NCBI GenBank assembly: GCA_964019335.1
Contig: OZ025705.1
Location: forward strand, 62,001 to 126,000
Source of the DNA: Diplonema japonicum
Lineage: Eukaryota; Protista; Euglenozoa: Diplonemea
DNA length: 64,000 nucleotides
Direction of reading: 5' to 3'
Position numbers and translations under genes: made by a program
Notes under the pieces: generated by a model
The model's database searches: none
Told to the model about the DNA's origin: nothing
What the model saw: the letters and a program-made list of their open reading frames with translations, nothing else
Part shown: one piece after another, positions 61,370-64,000 of the stretch
Position numbering within the stretch: position 1 is the first letter of the stretch
Layout: each line of letters opens with the position of its first letter

Positions 61370-62699
61370 TTTTTTTTTTTTTTTAAACCCACTTTTCTTT
61401 TTTTTTTCTTTTGGGGAAAATTGCGGGGGAAATAAATAAGGGAATATAAAAAAAAGGGGAGGGGGAGGGGTACTATCATCGAGACGTCGAAGGTTCCTTT
61501 TTTTTTTTTGAAAAATAAAATCCCGTTATATATTTGGTTTATCCTGTTTAAAAAAAAAAATCAGCACACGCATCGCTTTAAGACAACAATAAAAAAAAGC
61601 TACATCGAGTAAGAGTGCGTGGCAGCGACTCCAAAAAAAAGGGGGGGGGTTTTTTAACTCTCTTGTTTGCAACTGGCAGAGGAGAAACGTACAAAAAAAA
61701 AAGGAAGAGAGAATGGAAGGGGGGAAAAAAAGTAAAAGAAACAAGAGAAATAAACTCTCTTTTAATTTTTTTATTTTTTATTTTTATTTTTTTTTTTTTT
61801 ATTGTTTACATTTTTTTTTTGTTATATTTCTAATCCGTAGGGAAAAGAAAAAAAAGAAGAAGAAAAAAAAAAGAAAAAAAAAGCAGAGAGGGGAGCGGTA
61901 TAATGGAAAATAAAAAGTGGCGAAAAAAAAAAGTTTCCTTCCTCCCCCTTTCCCTTTCTCCTCTCACCCTCTTCATCTTTGTGGGGGGGGGGGGGGGGGG
62001 CTCAAAGAATATAAAAAAGAAATTTCTATGGAAAACAAAAAAAAAGAGGGGGACGGAGAAATGAACGCACGATAAAAAAAAAAGATGAGATAAAGGAGAC
62101 TCTTGTTTTGAAACGTCCCCCTTGTCTCTACTTTTAAAAAAAACGATTCCCAATAACTTATGTCTCAAGTGCCCGTTAGCAATTTAAAAAAAAATAGAAA
62201 AAAGCTGCTCAGCACAAAAAAGAAATTGCATAAGGTAAAAAAGAACATATAAGAGATAAAGGAGACCGGTGTTTCCGGCGCCCTTTTTTTTTTTAAAGAA
62301 TGAAAAGATGTAATATTTTGTAACAAAAAGAAGAAGAAAAAGAACGAAAAGAAAAAAAAAATTAGACGGCCTTTTCTAAAAGAGAAATTCTGCCTTTTTT
62401 TTTCTTTCCTTATTTTGTTGTATTTAAAAAATAAAAAAAAAAAAAAAAAAAAAAAAAAAGGGGAGGCGCCGCTTTTTGTTTTTTGGTTATCAAATAAGAA
62501 TAAAAAAAAAATAGAGGAAATCGGCATTTTTTTTTCTTTTTTTTTTTTTTTTTAAATGCCAATATGTAACAATGCCTCCTTAATCTTGTAAAAAAAAAAA
62601 TAAAATAAAATAAAAAATTTTTAAAAGCGCGCCTACCCCACAAAAAAAAATATATATATATTTATATTGTACAAATAAAAAAAAAAATCACCTTTCCAC

Positions 62700-64000
62700 C
62701 TAGGCTCTAGAGGCAAACGACAACCAAGGTGTCTCAACAGCTTTCTTCTCCTCATACGCACGAATCTTGTCCTCCTTCTGAAGAGTAAGCTCTATGTCGT
62801 CAAGCCCATTAACAAGACAGTGTTTCCTGAAAGGGTCAATCTCGAAAGGGATGGTGGTACCATCCTGCCTCTTAACCACTTGGTTGGGAAGGTCAACAGT
62901 GAAAGAATGACAAGATTCAGCATCGGCCATTAGAGAGTCGTGCGCGTCCTTTCCGACAACTATGGGCAACATTCCATTCTTGAAGCAGTTGTTGTAGAAA
63001 ATATCGGCGAAGCTAGTGCTGATCATACACTTCACACCAAGGTCAAGAAGGGCCCACGGTGCGTGCTCCCTTGAGCTCCCGCAGCCGAAGTTCTCGCCAA
63101 CAACAAGAATAGACCCACCTTTGTACTCAGGTGCGTTTAAGGGAAACTCCATGTTAGGGGAACCATCGTTGTTGTACCTAATCGGCTCGAAGCAGAATTT
63201 TCCAAGGCCGGTGCGTTTAATCGTTTTCAAGTGGTTTTTCGGGATGATGATGTCGGTGTCAATGTTGACCCTCTTTATGGGGACGGCCTTGCCTGTGAGC
63301 GTGGTGAACGCGCTCATTCCAATACGCTGTTCGCCTGCGGCGGTGCTGCACTGCCTACGCTGAGACTTTCTTACATCGGAGATCTTCCCGGTGATCGCGG
63401 CCACTGCGGCCATTCCTGGCGACGCAAGATGGGTCCTCCCCCGTGCTCCTTGCCTCCCTTCGAAGTTTCTGTTGCTAGTGCTGACGCACCTTTCCTCAGG
63501 GTTCAGCTTGTCGTCGTTCATACCCAAGCACATGGAGCATCCTGGTTCACGCCAATCGAATCCTGCATCGATGAGTACATCCGCCACACCTTCCTCTTCA
63601 GCTTGCTGCTTCACAAGCCCGCTTCCCGGTACCACTAAGGCGTGCACGTTGTTCGCAACCTTCTGGCCCTTCACCACCTCGGCCACAGCTCTGAGGTCTT
63701 CGATCCTTCCGTTTGTGCAGGAGCCGATGAACACCTTGTCGATGGCGATGCCTTCGATGAGCTCGCCGCCCTGCAGGCCCATGTACTTCAGGGCGTTTGC
63801 GATGCTCGCTTTTTGCTGGTCGGTCTCTCCGTCTTGGACTTGAGGGATCTTGCCGTTGATGGGGACTACCATCTCAGGGCTGGTGCCCCATGTGATCTGC
63901 GGTGCGATATCTTCCGCCTTGAGCTCCACCACTCGGTTGAACTCTGCGTCGTGGTCGCTGTGGAGGGTCTTCCAGTAGGCAACGGCTTTGTCCCATTCGG
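62700..64000 (-). CDS. LEU1: 3-isopropylmalate dehydratase, fused LeuC+LeuD (5'-partial)
   Basis: [57 protein letters not shown]; frame stays open to the window edge. Confidence 0.95.
   Translation of the reverse strand, partial: EWDKAVAYWKTLHSDHDAEFNRVVELKAEDIAPQITWGTSPEMVVPINGKIPQVQDGETDQQKASIANALKYMGLQGGELIEGIAIDKVFIGSCTNGRIEDLRAVAEVVKGQKVANNVHALVVPGSGLVKQQAEEEGVADVLIDAGFDWREPGCSMCLGMNDDKLNPEERCVSTSNRNFEGRQGARGRTHLASPGMAAVAAITGKISDVRKSQRRQCSTAAGEQRIGMSAFTTLTGKAVPIKRVNIDTDIIIPKNHLKTIKRTGLGKFCFEPIRYNNDGSPNMEFPLNAPEYKGGSILVVGENFGCGSSREHAPWALLDLGVKCMISTSFADIFYNNCFKNGMLPIVVGKDAHDSLMADAESCHSFTVDLPNQVVKRQDGTTIPFEIDPFRKHCLVNGLDDIELTLQKEDKIRAYEEKKAVETPWLSFASRA

Noticed and set aside
2642-62643. 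Well over a hundred short K/F/P/G-rich ORFs in the track
   Set aside because: Translations of homopolymer runs, which lack stop codons by composition.
12768-63843. Long plus-strand ORFs antisense to genes (e.g. 12768, 49981, 52490, 56752, 63391)
   Set aside because: Shadow frames of the minus-strand CDSs.
1-64000. tRNA, rRNA or spliced-leader RNA genes
   Set aside because: No recognisable motifs found by eye.

Overview
Eukaryotic protist DNA, inferred to be euglenozoan (diplonemid-like). All about 17 host genes lie on the minus strand, as in a polycistronic unit. They are mostly intronless, with a few 42-69 nt GT-AG introns (three start GTATG). Recognisable products: MFS transporter, two RRM-like paralogues, PEN-2, PMP34-type carrier, SAM methyltransferase, nitronate monooxygenase, small Tim, OST3/6, VPS9 GEF, F5/8C-like protein, DCXR-like SDR, a degenerate receptor adenylate cyclase and a partial fused LeuC-LeuD. 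Non-coding DNA is saturated with A, T, G and C homopolymers, so most short ORFs in the track are artefacts. Mobile elements: a 5'-truncated LINE missed by the ORF track, a decayed piggyBac plus a TTAA MITE, several other MITEs, and a SINE-like family with all copies in one orientation. Best candidates for something new: (1) a tyrosine-recombinase (Crypton-like) element and two unrelated non-coding elements sharing an 'IR...IR + right-hand hairpin' architecture; (2) an antisense G-U-rich 100-nt hairpin ending in T5; (3) poly(A) leaders abutting most start codons, and A-filled mini-introns. All calls were made by eye, with no database searches.
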